A stretch of DNA of 63,821 nt, the filler included, from Reticulomyxa filosa (taxonomy: Eukaryota; Protista; Foraminifera): assembly GCA_000512085.1 (NCBI GenBank). It is 14 parts of 14 records of this genome, joined end to end, with 100 filler letters (N's around TTAATTAATTAA, not from the genome) between each part and the next. Parts side by side here need not be neighbours in the genome. Positions count along the whole stretch, not along the records: positions 52,891 to 58,651 come from ASPP01005613.1; positions 58,752 to 60,647 come from ASPP01026336.1; positions 60,748 to 62,474 come from ASPP01000372.1; positions 62,575 to 63,821 come from ASPP01026981.1; 10 more parts are not named here. One strand, written 5' to 3'. The notes below the pieces were generated by a model. That model did no database searches. It was not told the origin of the DNA and saw only the letters and a list, made by a program, of their open reading frames with translations. A program made the position numbers and the translations under genes. Positions within the stretch are counted from its first letter, which is position 1. Every line of letters starts with the position of its first letter. Positions 52,791 through 63,821 of the stretch are shown here, one piece after another.

Positions 52791-54386
52791 NNNNNNNNNN
52801 NNNNNNNNNNNNNNNNNNNNNNNNNNNNNNNNNNTTAATTAATTAANNNNNNNNNNNNNNNNNNNNNNNNNNNNNNNNNNNNNNNNNNNNAAAAAAAAAG
52901 CAATAATAAATTCATTGATAGTTTCGAGAAAAATTATTGAATATATTTATAGATTAGATTAAACAGATATCATTGCTACTCAAATTACTGATATTATTGG
53001 TGTTTCTTTTGGACAGGGAACATAATACTGAAAGTACCCTTTTTTCCCAAAACAAGCAAAAAAAAAAAATTCACAAATCATCCCCCCACACGTCAAAGAA
53101 AATGTGAAATCATTCGTACTTGTTTCCTCATTGTTTACTGTGTTTGAGGTGCGGCGGCTTCAGCAGGCTTTTCTTGTGGTTTTTACTTTGCTTGTTTTTG
53201 GTTCTTTGAGTTTCTATATTCTGTTCGCATTTTCGTCAATTGGGTCTTCGTTCTCTGTCTGGCCGAGTGCTGTGGCAAGCGTAATATCTGGACTTAAAGA
53301 TCGTTGGTGCCAGTCATACAGAATCAATATCTTCCAATTGTCACATTTAATATTTTTATAAAAAAAAACAAAACCACACGGACCTCGATATCGAGGTGCC
53401 GAATAAAGAAATACAATACATATAAGTGTTGTAGCTTATTCTTGCGAACATGTAAGTCCCACATTTTTTTTCCAACGCTGCATGCGATATTTCGCATCAA
53501 AACCAGAAAAACATATTTACAAAACACACATAATAATTTTTATTATACGTTAGATATTTTTTTTAAAAATACTTTTACAAAAAAAGAAAAAATTACTTAA
53601 CATAAATATCATTTTGTTCATCGTTCATCTGTTTTATTATTCAACACTATAAAAAAGATTATTTGTTCGTTTCACAGTTGGCTTGGTGACGTCAAAGCAA
53701 AACGAACGCAGAAACACACAGCTGGTGAACAAAATGAAAACTTTGAGGGCCCGCTAAGAGAGAGGGTTGACATGAAGCTAGCAACACTAAGGTATCTAAT
53801 GCTAGGATTGTTCACCAGCATAATGAAAAAAAGGATAATCATGAGTGGGACAGTTTAGGGTCCCCTGAGCGTGTAAAAATATTGTTGCAATTATATCACA
53901 TACCAAATGTGAGCAACAGTTTGTCGGTGCAATGGAATAATAACTGCTCTAAAACTGACAAGAAATATCCATTTTAATTTGCAGGACATTTTTTAAAGAT
54001 AGTTTTCTTGTCTTTTTGATGTGATTTTATTTGACGTTATATACTTATTTTTTTTTATTTCCATTGCTTTTTAATTGTTTCTGGGTGTTTTTTGAAGCTT
54101 GTTTATTTAATAGCAATTATATTTCACAGTTGTACATGATGAAATTATTTCATATCAGTCGGACATAAAACTTGTCTAAACAAAAAATTCTTGTTTATAC
54201 AATTCCAATCACTAATTGTCATTTAATTCGTAGAGTTTGCACAATAAAGAGAGATCAATAAATAATCGATGTTAGGTCTCTTTTTGAATACAAGTTTTGA
54301 CACTTTTCTTACTTAAAGATTATTTTGAGTACAGTATTTTGTGACGTCTGATTAATGTTTGTTCTTTCAATTAATCGTAATCAACA

Positions 54387-54952
54387 ATGAACAAAAATGA
54401 AGATATTGAACAACCACTAATGAAAAAACTTAAAAATCATGACTTTTCTCTGAGGTACACGTTAGAAAGCATAAACACCTCGCATCCTAAGGCAAATATC
54501 CACAATATCCCCAATGAGAATACCAAAAAAAGATTCAAGTTTTCAATCAGACTTTCAGTTTTGTTACCAAAACATTTAAAATTCTTCTTGAGTATCAAAA
54601 AGCGTGTTGTGAAAGATAGACAACGTCCAAAAGAAAAAAATTCTACTGAGAAGACTTTGCCGCCAGAAGAAATTGGTAAAAAAGATCATTTCAAAAAAAT
54701 TTTTACATTTTGATTCACTCTAAAAAATGTATAGAATACAATGAAAAGAAATCACAAAAGATTGTGGCTGAATTTGTTCGAGCATTTCCACACTATAAAG
54801 AGACATTATCTCAGCAATTTCCTTTAGAATGGCTCGCGGAAGATAAAAATGAAACCACAGAGAAAGAAAGAGTGAGAGAAGTATTTAAATTTTCTGCACT
54901 GAGCAGATCCCAACGAGAACAATTGATAAATGAGATTTTTGAGAAAAAATAA
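54387..54952 (+). CDS. Hypothetical protein (two ORFs joined by a 1-nt shift in an A-run at ~54695)
   Basis: Overlapping ORFs 54387-54713 and 54710-54952 with coding-like composition. No family recognised. Confidence 0.4.
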
Positions 54953-55331
54953 CCTATTTTCAAGTTGATTGAAAAAAATTATTGTTCACTCCCTCTTCTT
55001 TTGGCGTGAGTGTTTGTTAAAAATTATGTAACAATTTTGCAAATGAGTTGCTTTTCTTAAAGTATCACGAAAAAACAGTATTTTCATTATTTAATCCTAT
55101 TCCTCTTCAGAACACTGCGTTCAGAGAGGAGAACGAAACCAAAAAAAACCTTGAACATTTTCACAAGTCGTCTAAACTGCACAGAAAAATACCAAGACGA
55201 CAAAAGATATAGATATAGATAGATATATATACTTTCATGCTTTTGTTCACTTTGTTACTTGAGTGGAGCCCGCTACGAGAGTTGCAGTGAGAACTCTAAG
55301 CAAACTCTTAGAGCCGAAAAACACAGCCCTT

Positions 55332-58195
55332 TTAAACATTTTGCTTGATGGTGCTCAACTCTTTCCACAAAATGCTCTTGGTTGAATTACATTCATCGAA
55401 TAGGCGTTGCAAAGCGGGTGACTGGACAAGATGGACGCGTTGGAGTTCAGCCAAGCAATTATCAATAAGTTCCATTAACAACTCAGCAGCCTTCTTTTTG
55501 TCTTGCTCGCAGTAATGAGTCCTAATAAATTGAATAGTTTGAAAGTGTGTGAACATGTTTTCAAAATGTCGCAGTGCGATGAACATTTTGCCAAGTGCGA
55601 CGTGAATGACCACAGATTCAATGGACGTTGGTTCGAAAGCATCATGCAGTTCTTTCAGCAACAATTTCCATTCATTTTCAGCATGCTCGCTCTTTAACAT
55701 TTTGTGTTTTTGTTCGCGTATATGTATGCAAATTATTACCCCTTTTGCAAAAGTGAAATTTTTTTTTCCCCAATGCGTTTATGCGGACAACAAAGTGTGC
55801 ATGATATACATCATATGGATGTAAAGTGCTGCTCTTTCGCACTTCACGCAGTGGGTTTAACTTAACTAGTGGATTATATCCTGTCAAATTGCATAGGCAC
55901 GTGACATAAAACACCTTAGCGTTGCAATATCTGCGCGCTTTCTCTTCTTTTGATATTGAATTGTCCAACTTGTTTTGACGGATAACAATGGCAACCAACT
56001 TCTCCGCGTATTGTTGCGCTTCGTTGTAGTTCTTTATTTTGAAGTAGGCTACGCCTAACCCTTGAATTGCGGACATTATATACCTTAGGGCTATTTCATT
56101 TTCTTCTTCCATTGTTCGTCCTTTTTTTTTTTAAGTATGATACGTCTCAAAAAAAAAAGTTTTTTTTTTTAAACTTCAATCCAAAAAAAAAAACTTTACC
56201 TGATTTGGCAGTTTGGGTTTGTTGTACGTAAATGTAGGCCTTCTGGGCCAATTCATTTGCAAGTTGGAAATATTTTATTGCAGACGTGAAATTGCGTTCA
56301 TCCGACATGAAGAATCCGCCAAGGCAATATACTTCACACAAAGCGTCCCAATACACTCCCCAGTCATCCGCAAAGGACAATGGCTTGTCCACGCCTTCTT
56401 CATCTTCTTCTTCGTTGTCTTTGCTATCATGGCTATAGTCACTTAAAACCTCAGAACTGCAATCTTTGTCAAAGGCATTGGTTTTCATTGACATCGAACT
56501 GCGTCTTTGGATCTCTGAATTTACCAGTTGATTGCATCTTTTAAAAAAGAATAGGGAGCGATTGACATATTCCAGCCCTTGTTGGTAGTCTGTTTCCGTT
56601 TTCATTCTCTTGTTATAGCATACACCTGCCAATACAAACCATGCTTTCGCAATGGTCAAAATTAAGTCCAAGTCATTGCTTCTCCAACCATCGAGCATTG
56701 AAGTGTTCAAATGCTTTATAAGGTTATCCGCAAATTTTTGTTTCATGCCTTCTTGTTCAGCTTCATGTGTCATCTGTGCCAAATGCTCCAACTCTTGTTG
56801 CATCTTTATGAGTGCCGAACATTCGTTCATTGCAAATGCTTGACCAATGCCAAAGTTCAATGGTGTCTCCCCGTAATTGACACCTTCCCATGGCGATACA
56901 TTATCACACGGCCAAGACACTTGATGATTGAAATGCCTTTCATTGCTTCCACACGACAAAAGGCTGCTGTCAATCGTGTTTGACAGTTCCGTGTTTTCGT
57001 CTTGCATTTGTTGTTTCGCCGATGCTTGGTTCTGGCCTTGGCTTGGACTCTGGCTTTGGCTGCCAAAAATGCCACTTTTTTCGTCTTCGCTTGTTTCATT
57101 CAATCCCTTCATTTTCACCTAAAGAAATACATCACATTACACTTTTCTTCCTAAAGGGACAACAAGGTGGAACCGCAACACTGACATATTTTGCAGTCCA
57201 TTTTTGGTCATTGTTGTTATTCAAAATTTTTTTTATATCAAATGTTTTTGCATGCAGCTATCCCTTGTACTAAGAAAATTTTTTTTGATCAACAATAATT
57301 TACTCAATTTTTTTTTTTGACAACATACACATTGCCAAAACAAACCAAAAAAAACTGCTGCTGGACTTGTATAGCATTTGTTATGACAAAAAAAATACTT
57401 AAAAACAATAGTATTACCTTTTCTGAAGTTAATACTTTTTTATCACCACGGGCCCTTGGGGTACGCAATATATCCGTGTACTGAATATGTGTATACGTTA
57501 TTGTTTTTTTTTCTTTCACACATCAGGTTAGACAACTTAACTTTCATTCCTCGTTTTTCTGCATAATTTCTGAGGATTGCATGAACTTTTGGAAATCCAA
57601 CTTTAAACATTTTCAACATGCTTCGAATACTTGGCAGCTTGCCATCGTGTTCAGCACGAAACTTGTCCAGCGTTTCCACGGAGCCTCGAACCACATCACC
57701 ACTCTATTTTTTAAAAATCAGTTGAGCGCCGTAAAAAAAAAAAAAAAAAATTGGTTGATTTTGTCACATACTTTCCAATTATCAGGCGACCGTTTTTTTT
57801 TTTTTGAGCTTGATGGATCTCGTGGCGTCTTTTTCTATATATTTGTTAGACAACGACACAATGTACTCGTTCCCTTTTTTTTTACGTTGTCCTGAGGGAC
57901 TCCACTAAAGAAAATACCGTATAAACTGAACACAGTTGTTCGACTTTTTACGTTTTTTTCTCAACTGCTGTCTCTTGCATAATAATATTAGCCATCATCT
58001 CTTCAGAAGAGTGTGCCATTGACAAAGGGTTGACATCCGCAATGTTGAGCTGTGCCTATGCACCAAATTTTTTTAGATATTTTTTGTTAAAAAACAAACA
58101 AACAGAATTACTGTTCTCAATGGGAAGGAGCACTGGTCTTGAGCCAATTCTACGTTGCTTGTTGTGCTAAACATCTGTACATTTTCCACATGCAT
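55332..58195 (-). CDS. Multi-exon protein with an N-terminal HTH-like segment and C-terminal TPR-like repeats
   Basis: Exons bounded by GT-AG from a probable ATG at 58195. GKLPSIRSMLKMFKVGFPKVHAILRNY is helix-turn-helix-like. TPR-like: VYCLGGFFMSDERNFTSAIKYFQLANEL, AIQGLGVAYFKIKNYNEAQQYAEKLVAI, IHVALGKMFIALRHFENMFTHFQ. Confidence 0.65.
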
Positions 58196-59086
58196 GCTGG
58201 ACCAACTTTAGAATTTACCAATAATTTACTAAAAATAAGTCAGCCAACAAAAAAAACACACGCTTTTAAGGGAAAAAATTAGGGCACGTGTTCAGTTTTG
58301 AACAAGTTGCAGCTGAAGAGAAAACGTTGATAATTTTTTCAAAAGATGTTTAGCGATTACACTATGCTTTTTGAGCTTCCTTCATCAAGTGTTGCATTCA
58401 GCATTCAAAAAATCGAGGCAAGTTTGCTCTCTGTTTGTGCGGGATGATATTTGACATATTTACAAGATAAACGTCAAAATACGATTGTTGGTGAAAAAAA
58501 ACCAGAAGACTATAATGTATCACTCACTATTCTTAGACTTCAACTGTTTGACTCAATAAACTGAAAATTTGGTTAAGATGAACAGTTATGTTTGGTGATG
58601 AAATGTACTTATTTGACAATGGGTTCAATATCAAGGACGGATACAAAGAAANNNNNNNNNNNNNNNNNNNNNNNNNNNNNNNNNNNNNNNNNNNNTTAAT
58701 TAATTAANNNNNNNNNNNNNNNNNNNNNNNNNNNNNNNNNNNNNNNNNNNNAGCTCACTGCGAGCGAAAGTCAAGTCAACGGCACAAAAAGCGTATCAGC
58801 ATTAAACACTATTCCTAATGGAAACCATAAGCACTAAAGCTTGATTTACTTCTTAAGTAGTCCACAAATGATACAAACTCTGCAACTTACAAAAACGCAA
58901 TATTTCATAAAGTAAAATTAGTAAAAGAAATAAATGTCAACATCTAAAAAATTTTAAATATCCATTATTACATTTAATGAATTATTTTTTGCATAATGAA
59001 TACAAGCGGATTAGTTGTTTTGAATAATTTTAAATTTAAAAGTGAAACTCAATTGCCAAAGTTTATGAAACAACAATATATAAACG

Positions 59087-60042
59087 TTACATTTCATTAT
59101 TAACCATTAAAATCTTATCTTTATCATGTGTTTTTTGATGTCTTTCTAGGCTGTATTTTTATTATTGTTATTATTTTTTTTTTTAAGATAATATAATTTG
59201 AAATAAATTAGTTAACTTGGATCTTCGTTTGAAATTATGTTTACAAATATCACATTGATTAGGTCTTTCGGCTAAGTGTGTTTTTTGATTTAGTTCAAGT
59301 TCTTTTTGTTTAGCAAATAAACGGGAACAATCTTCGCACTTGAAGCTCCTATATTTTTATTTTATTTGTTACTTAATATATATATTAATAATATAATTAT
59401 AAAAAAAAAACAAAAAACAAACCATTTAGTGTGAATTCTGTAATGTTTACTAAGATTTATAAGTGATACAAATTCTTTTTTGCATGATGGACATATATAT
59501 ATCATTTTATTATTTTTTAATATGAGTTATTCCTAGTAATTTTGAATTAATTTCTTTATACATGTGTTTTAATTCGTTATTATTATTTTCATCGTTGTTG
59601 TCATTTGCATTGTGGTTACCATTTGCATTATTGTTATCATTTGCATTATTGCTATCACTTTCATCGTTATTTTCACTTTCATTGCCATTTTCATAATTTT
59701 CATTTGTATTATAGTTACTTGTATTGTCATTAAAACAGTTGTTTATATTTATTTTTTTTTTCAAGTTTTCGATTTCTTGTTGAAATCGTTCCAATTTTTT
59801 GTCCTTGATTCTTTCGTTTTTTTTCAATTGTTTAATCTCAAGTTTCAATTGATCAATTTCTTCTTCTTTTCTTTTTTTAAACTCATAATATTTATTCTAT
59901 AAAAGCAATAAACAAAAATTTAAAAATATTTTTCATTTAAATAAAAAAATATAACTTTAATATTATTGAATTGATTAAAGTAATTATCTAATTCAATACG
60001 ACAATCATGTTCTTTATTCTCTTCATCATGAGAATGATCCAT
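59087..60042 (-). CDS. Coiled-coil + Asn-rich + three C2H2 zinc fingers (putative transcription factor), 4 exons
   Basis: Spliced C-terminus YICPSCKKEFVSLINLSKHYRIHTKW|SFKCEDCSRLFAKQKELELNQKTHLAERPNQCDICKHNFKRRSN|LERHQKTH. One 1-nt frameshift at ~59512 (A6 run). The fingers are missing from the supplied ORF track. Confidence 0.8.
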
Positions 60043-60342
60043 ACTAACAAAAACTATAAATGGTCCAAACTTAAAAAAAAGATTACCCCTTGAAAAACTT
60101 ATTTTTTTTCCGATTTTTGCAAAAAATAGTTTTCACTTGCATTGTTGAATTGTCGAAGTGAGAAAATCATGTTTATTATATTTTTTGTAAAAATGGAGCT
60201 GTTGATTTGTTGAAATTTGTCAAGACTGTGTATTCTATAAAAAATACTTTTGATCAATAGCTCTATTTCTACAAAAGATACAATAATAGTTTTTGATACA
60301 AAAATTTTAACTTTAAATATCGCTAATATTTGAAATAATTAA

Positions 60343-60576
60343 ATGTGTCGATGTGAAGAATATAACCATACTCTGGAAAATTGCCACACAAGAATGCCAA
60401 AAGTCATATCAAAGTCAATGTGTCGTAACTGTGGTGACATGCACTTTCTCATGGACTGCCTGAGATTGTATGTACCAAGTGCTCCAAGATGCATCATAAA
60501 AATTTGTGTCCGGAAAGAAATCTGTCAAGAGAGCTTCCTCATTTGGATGTTCAAGATGGGTTTTTTTCCAATCTGA
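60343..60576 (+). pseudogene. Degenerate CCHC zinc-knuckle coding segment
   Basis: CRCEEYNHTLENC and CRNCGDMHFLMDC, with a third eroded Cys cluster. Confidence 0.45.
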
Positions 60577-61094
60577 TTCATGAATGAATAAAAAACACTC
60601 TAGTTTTTTCGGAGTAGAAATTATATAATAATTCTATTTTAGAAATCNNNNNNNNNNNNNNNNNNNNNNNNNNNNNNNNNNNNNNNNNNNNTTAATTAAT
60701 TAANNNNNNNNNNNNNNNNNNNNNNNNNNNNNNNNNNNNNNNNNNNNTAATTTACTTTGTTTACTGAAAGTCACTCTAATTGAGAGTAACAATCTTTCGT
60801 ATTACATTTAGTGAAGCTCTTCACTGTAGACTCCCCACAACATGATGAATCTTCTCTGACCTGCCAGATCCAGCTTTTTTTTTAGGGTTCCATTACACTT
60901 ATATGACGACAGCCAAAATCGAAGCTATACTTATATTAAATTTCTTTGCTAAAGATCGAATACTAGTTCCACCGACCAGCATAACAACAGCACTCTTTTC
61001 TTAAAAGCAATCAAATGTTTCATTATTTTAAATATCAAACTTTTGAAATGTCAATTAAAAATATTAACAATAAATAAAATTAGCAAAAAAAAAA

Positions 61095-61224
61095 AATTTA
61101 ATATTCAAAAACTACAAGATTACTATATATTTTTTTTAAAAAAAATTATGTTTAAATATTTATTTTTCATTGAGAAAATCATATTGCCATTTAGGTATGG
61201 CAGTTTTTTTTGCAATATACTGTA
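61095..61224. mobile_element. Partial MITE, same family as 41441-41578
   Basis: ..GCCATTTAGGTATGGCAGTTTTTTTTGCAATATACTG|TA end and ATATTCAAAAACTACAAGA internal block. Confidence 0.7.
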
Positions 61225-61904
61225 TTTATTTTTGTGGGCACCACATATTATTTATATTCAAAATTTATTGTGTTATTGTTTATTTAGAAAATATTGTTAC
61301 GAAATTCAAGAAGATTTGATTTTATATAACTCAAATGTGTATTAAATAAATAAAATAAATATAAATACAATAATCAATGCAAATGTATAACAATTTTTTA
61401 AAGAATTTTTAAAACAATTTTATGCTTCACCTGCTGGATATTTACACACAAAAAAGTTATTTCTTTAAATTTCAAAAGGAGTCTAAAATGAAATACAACA
61501 ATTAAGATCACATGAACAACGCCATTGTTTCAATATTAGCTCACTAAAGCATTTGCTTTCGCTTCGTATAACAGTAAGTTTCAGCTTACCGAAATTCAGT
61601 TTTTGTTTGCAACTTGAATCTGTTTTATATAGAAAAGTTTAAAGATTTAGTTATCTGAAGATATGCAATACTTTATATACAGTTTGCCATTCACTGCTGC
61701 ATTATAATTATTTTTCTGGGTTTTAAAAATAACTTTCGTGGATATAATTCATTCCATATCAATAAACAAAAACTAAGTAACAAATGACTATGCATCATTA
61801 ATGACAAGCGCACTGTGTTGTGTAAAAGGGAAATCACGTTATTTCGTTGTTCTTAAAACATTATTACATACCTGATAAATAATAAATATTAGAAACAATT
61901 TAAA

Positions 61905-62474
61905 ATGGATGGCTCCATTATGTTGGATTTAGACTATCGTAAAGCGGTAGAATTGTCAAAAGAAAGTTATGAATTGGAGCAAAGCAAGCGCAAAAGAGAA
62001 GAAGAGACACTAAAAAAAATAGAAGAGTACGAGAAGCAAAAAGAAAACCAAGAGAAAGAAAATCGGATGGCCAATGAAAATGAAGGAGCCTCAATGAAGC
62101 TATCTCAAACAAGAAAATGGCCATGGGACGAAGCAACATCCCTTCAACTCTTTTTAGTTTTGTACGATCAGTTTGTTTTAAAACTTTTTATAAAAACGAG
62201 TTGAAAAAACTTACGCGTGCAAAATTATGTAATCTGTTGTGTTTGTATGTGTGTACTTTTGAAATGTTGGAATGAAAAAGTGTGTGATGAGATGGGAAGA
62301 GAAATACATAAAACATGGAATTGGTTCGGGTTTACAAAACTTGGGAAACTCGTGCTTTATGAATGCGACGTTGCAATGTTTGGCTTACACTCCATCGTTT
62401 GCACAATTGATGGCGCAGTATCTCCATCGCCCCATTTGTTTTGTAATTTTGTGTATTTTTTTTTTTTTTTTTTT
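61905..62474 (+). CDS. Ubiquitin-specific protease (USP36/42-like) N-terminal part with a UIM-like helix, 3' truncated
   Basis: Cys box GSGLQNLGNSCFMNATLQCLAYTP at ~62320-62395. UIM-like DLDYRKAVELSKE in the upstream ORF 61905-62204. Confidence 0.8.
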
Positions 62475-62574
62475 NNNNNNNNNNNNNNNNNNNNNNNNNN
62501 NNNNNNNNNNNNNNNNNNTTAATTAATTAANNNNNNNNNNNNNNNNNNNNNNNNNNNNNNNNNNNNNNNNNNNN

Positions 62575-63778
62575 TATTATTATTATTATTATTATTATCA
62601 TTATTATTATTATTATCAGTATCTAAGTCAAACGCAGAAGGTTGCTGATCAAAGTAATCATCGTTACGGCTAATAGCATCAAGCAGATCATTTTTCTGCG
62701 AGTTATAAATTTCATCAGCCATGGCATTCGCATTGCGCCTGTCCTCGTCATCGTCTGCGCCATTGGGATTGACACTGGCATTAGCAGCGGCATTGGACTG
62801 AAGCGAGGGAAGGGAGGAGAGTTCAAGACTTTTGCGAAGGAGCGAAATTTCGTAAATTTTGGCTTCGAGTTCTTTGACGAGTTCCTGTTTGTCACGTTCC
62901 AAGTGGGCATTGCGATGGGCGAGTTTGATGACCTCATTGTGGACAGACTGGTTGATTTCATTGGCATCATCGAGTTGTTGAGCATTTTCCTGTTCGAGTT
63001 TGTTGCAGTATTCTTTGAGTTGGTTCACTTCCTCTTCCAATCGGCTCTGGTCCTCCAACTTGGTCAGCAGCACGTCCATTTGTTGCTTCAGTTGTGACGT
63101 GCGTCGCTTCTCGTCCTGGAACTGTGTGTACAACTTCTTCTCCACTGCCGTGGACAACTCGGTGTTCTCAGTGTCTTCAAAGCCGTCAAAACTTTTGATA
63201 TGACGTTCCAGGAACATTTCTTGCTTTTTTTCCGTTTCCAAAATTTCTTGCTCTTTTGCTTGCAATTCCAATTGCTCCTCACGCTCCACCATCTCGCGCT
63301 TCATCTTATCCAGCTTTTGCAACTCCATCTCATACTTCACCTTCTCTTCTTCATACAACTCGTTCATCAATGAAAAATCCTTCTCCAATATCTTCAAGTC
63401 ATGCTCCTTCATTTGAATCACGTTCTTCAATTCTTCATTCTCCAACTTCAACTCCTCGTTCTCCTTCGCCAAATTCTTTATTATCTCTGTCGCTTGATTG
63501 CGCTGGTCCATTGCCTCCTCCAACTTCAATTCCAAACGCTTTATTGTTCGCTCCGCTTTCATGTCGTTTGATGCCTTCTCCAACTCCGCACGCTTCTCGT
63601 TCGGCAACGACTGCACGTACTTCACCATCGCGTCTCGTCCCTCGTTGTCCACCGAACCGCGTCGCAACGCTCCTTCTCGCTTCCCTGTACCCAAATCATA
63701 CGTTCGCATGCGTCTATGCTTTTTATTCCCATTCTCTTCTTTCGATTCTTCGACCACTTCCACTCCCAAGGTCTGCAT
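62575..63778 (-). CDS. Coiled-coil protein fragment
   Basis: ~400-aa E/K/L/Q-rich ORF with heptad character, running into poly-Asn at the contig end. Confidence 0.75.
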
Positions 63779-63789
63779 GGGGGATTATT

Positions 63790-63821
<32 letters not shown>

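Noticed and set aside
3631-62574. Regularly recurring TTAATTAATTAA palindrome flanked by Ns, as a biological repeat or CRISPR-like array
   Set aside because: Identical 100-nt six-frame-stop linker used to concatenate contigs, so an artefact. ORFs containing X runs or ending in LIN are also artefacts.
1-63821. Reassigned stop codons (ciliate-type genetic code) to explain in-frame TAA/TGA
   Set aside because: Multi-kb ORFs are open under the standard code and end in TGA/TAA. Internal stops occur only in regions that also carry frameshifts or deletions.
1-63821. tRNA, rRNA, spliceosomal snRNA genes, CRISPR arrays, or autonomous transposase/RT ORFs
   Set aside because: None recognised by eye. 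A tRNAscan-SE/Rfam/RepeatMasker run would be needed to exclude divergent ones.

Overview
AT-rich eukaryotic (protist) genomic DNA. It is not one locus: 14 contigs are joined by 13 artificial 100-nt linkers (N44-TTAATTAATTAA-N44, stops in all six frames), so adjacency across a linker means nothing. The short GT-AG introns, lineage-typical WD40 and HEAT-repeat families, many decayed gene copies and homopolymer frameshifts fit a foraminiferan such as Reticulomyxa filosa (inferred from pattern recognition, not a search). The main contig (10988-33525) carries a minus-strand tandem array of giant proteins. Copy 1 is complete at about 3,500 aa: four exon-coded PB1/beta-grasp-like domains, an AIG1/septin-like P-loop GTPase, about 2,000 aa of helical/coiled-coil sequence, a SecA-family DEAD ATPase and a C-terminal vWA (MIDAS) domain. 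Copy 2 is a 5'-truncated paralog, and a decayed orphan copy of only the vWA C-terminus lies between them. Other contigs encode a very-large-inducible-GTPase (GVIN/VLIG)-like C-terminus, a giant protein with a CUB-like domain (E3-ligase-like), a CCCH/CCHC zinc-finger protein, an HTH+TPR protein, a C2H2 zinc-finger protein, a UIM-USP deubiquitinase and a coiled-coil protein. There are also HEAT, CAP-Gly, WD40 and ABC pseudogenes and several MITE/foldback elements.
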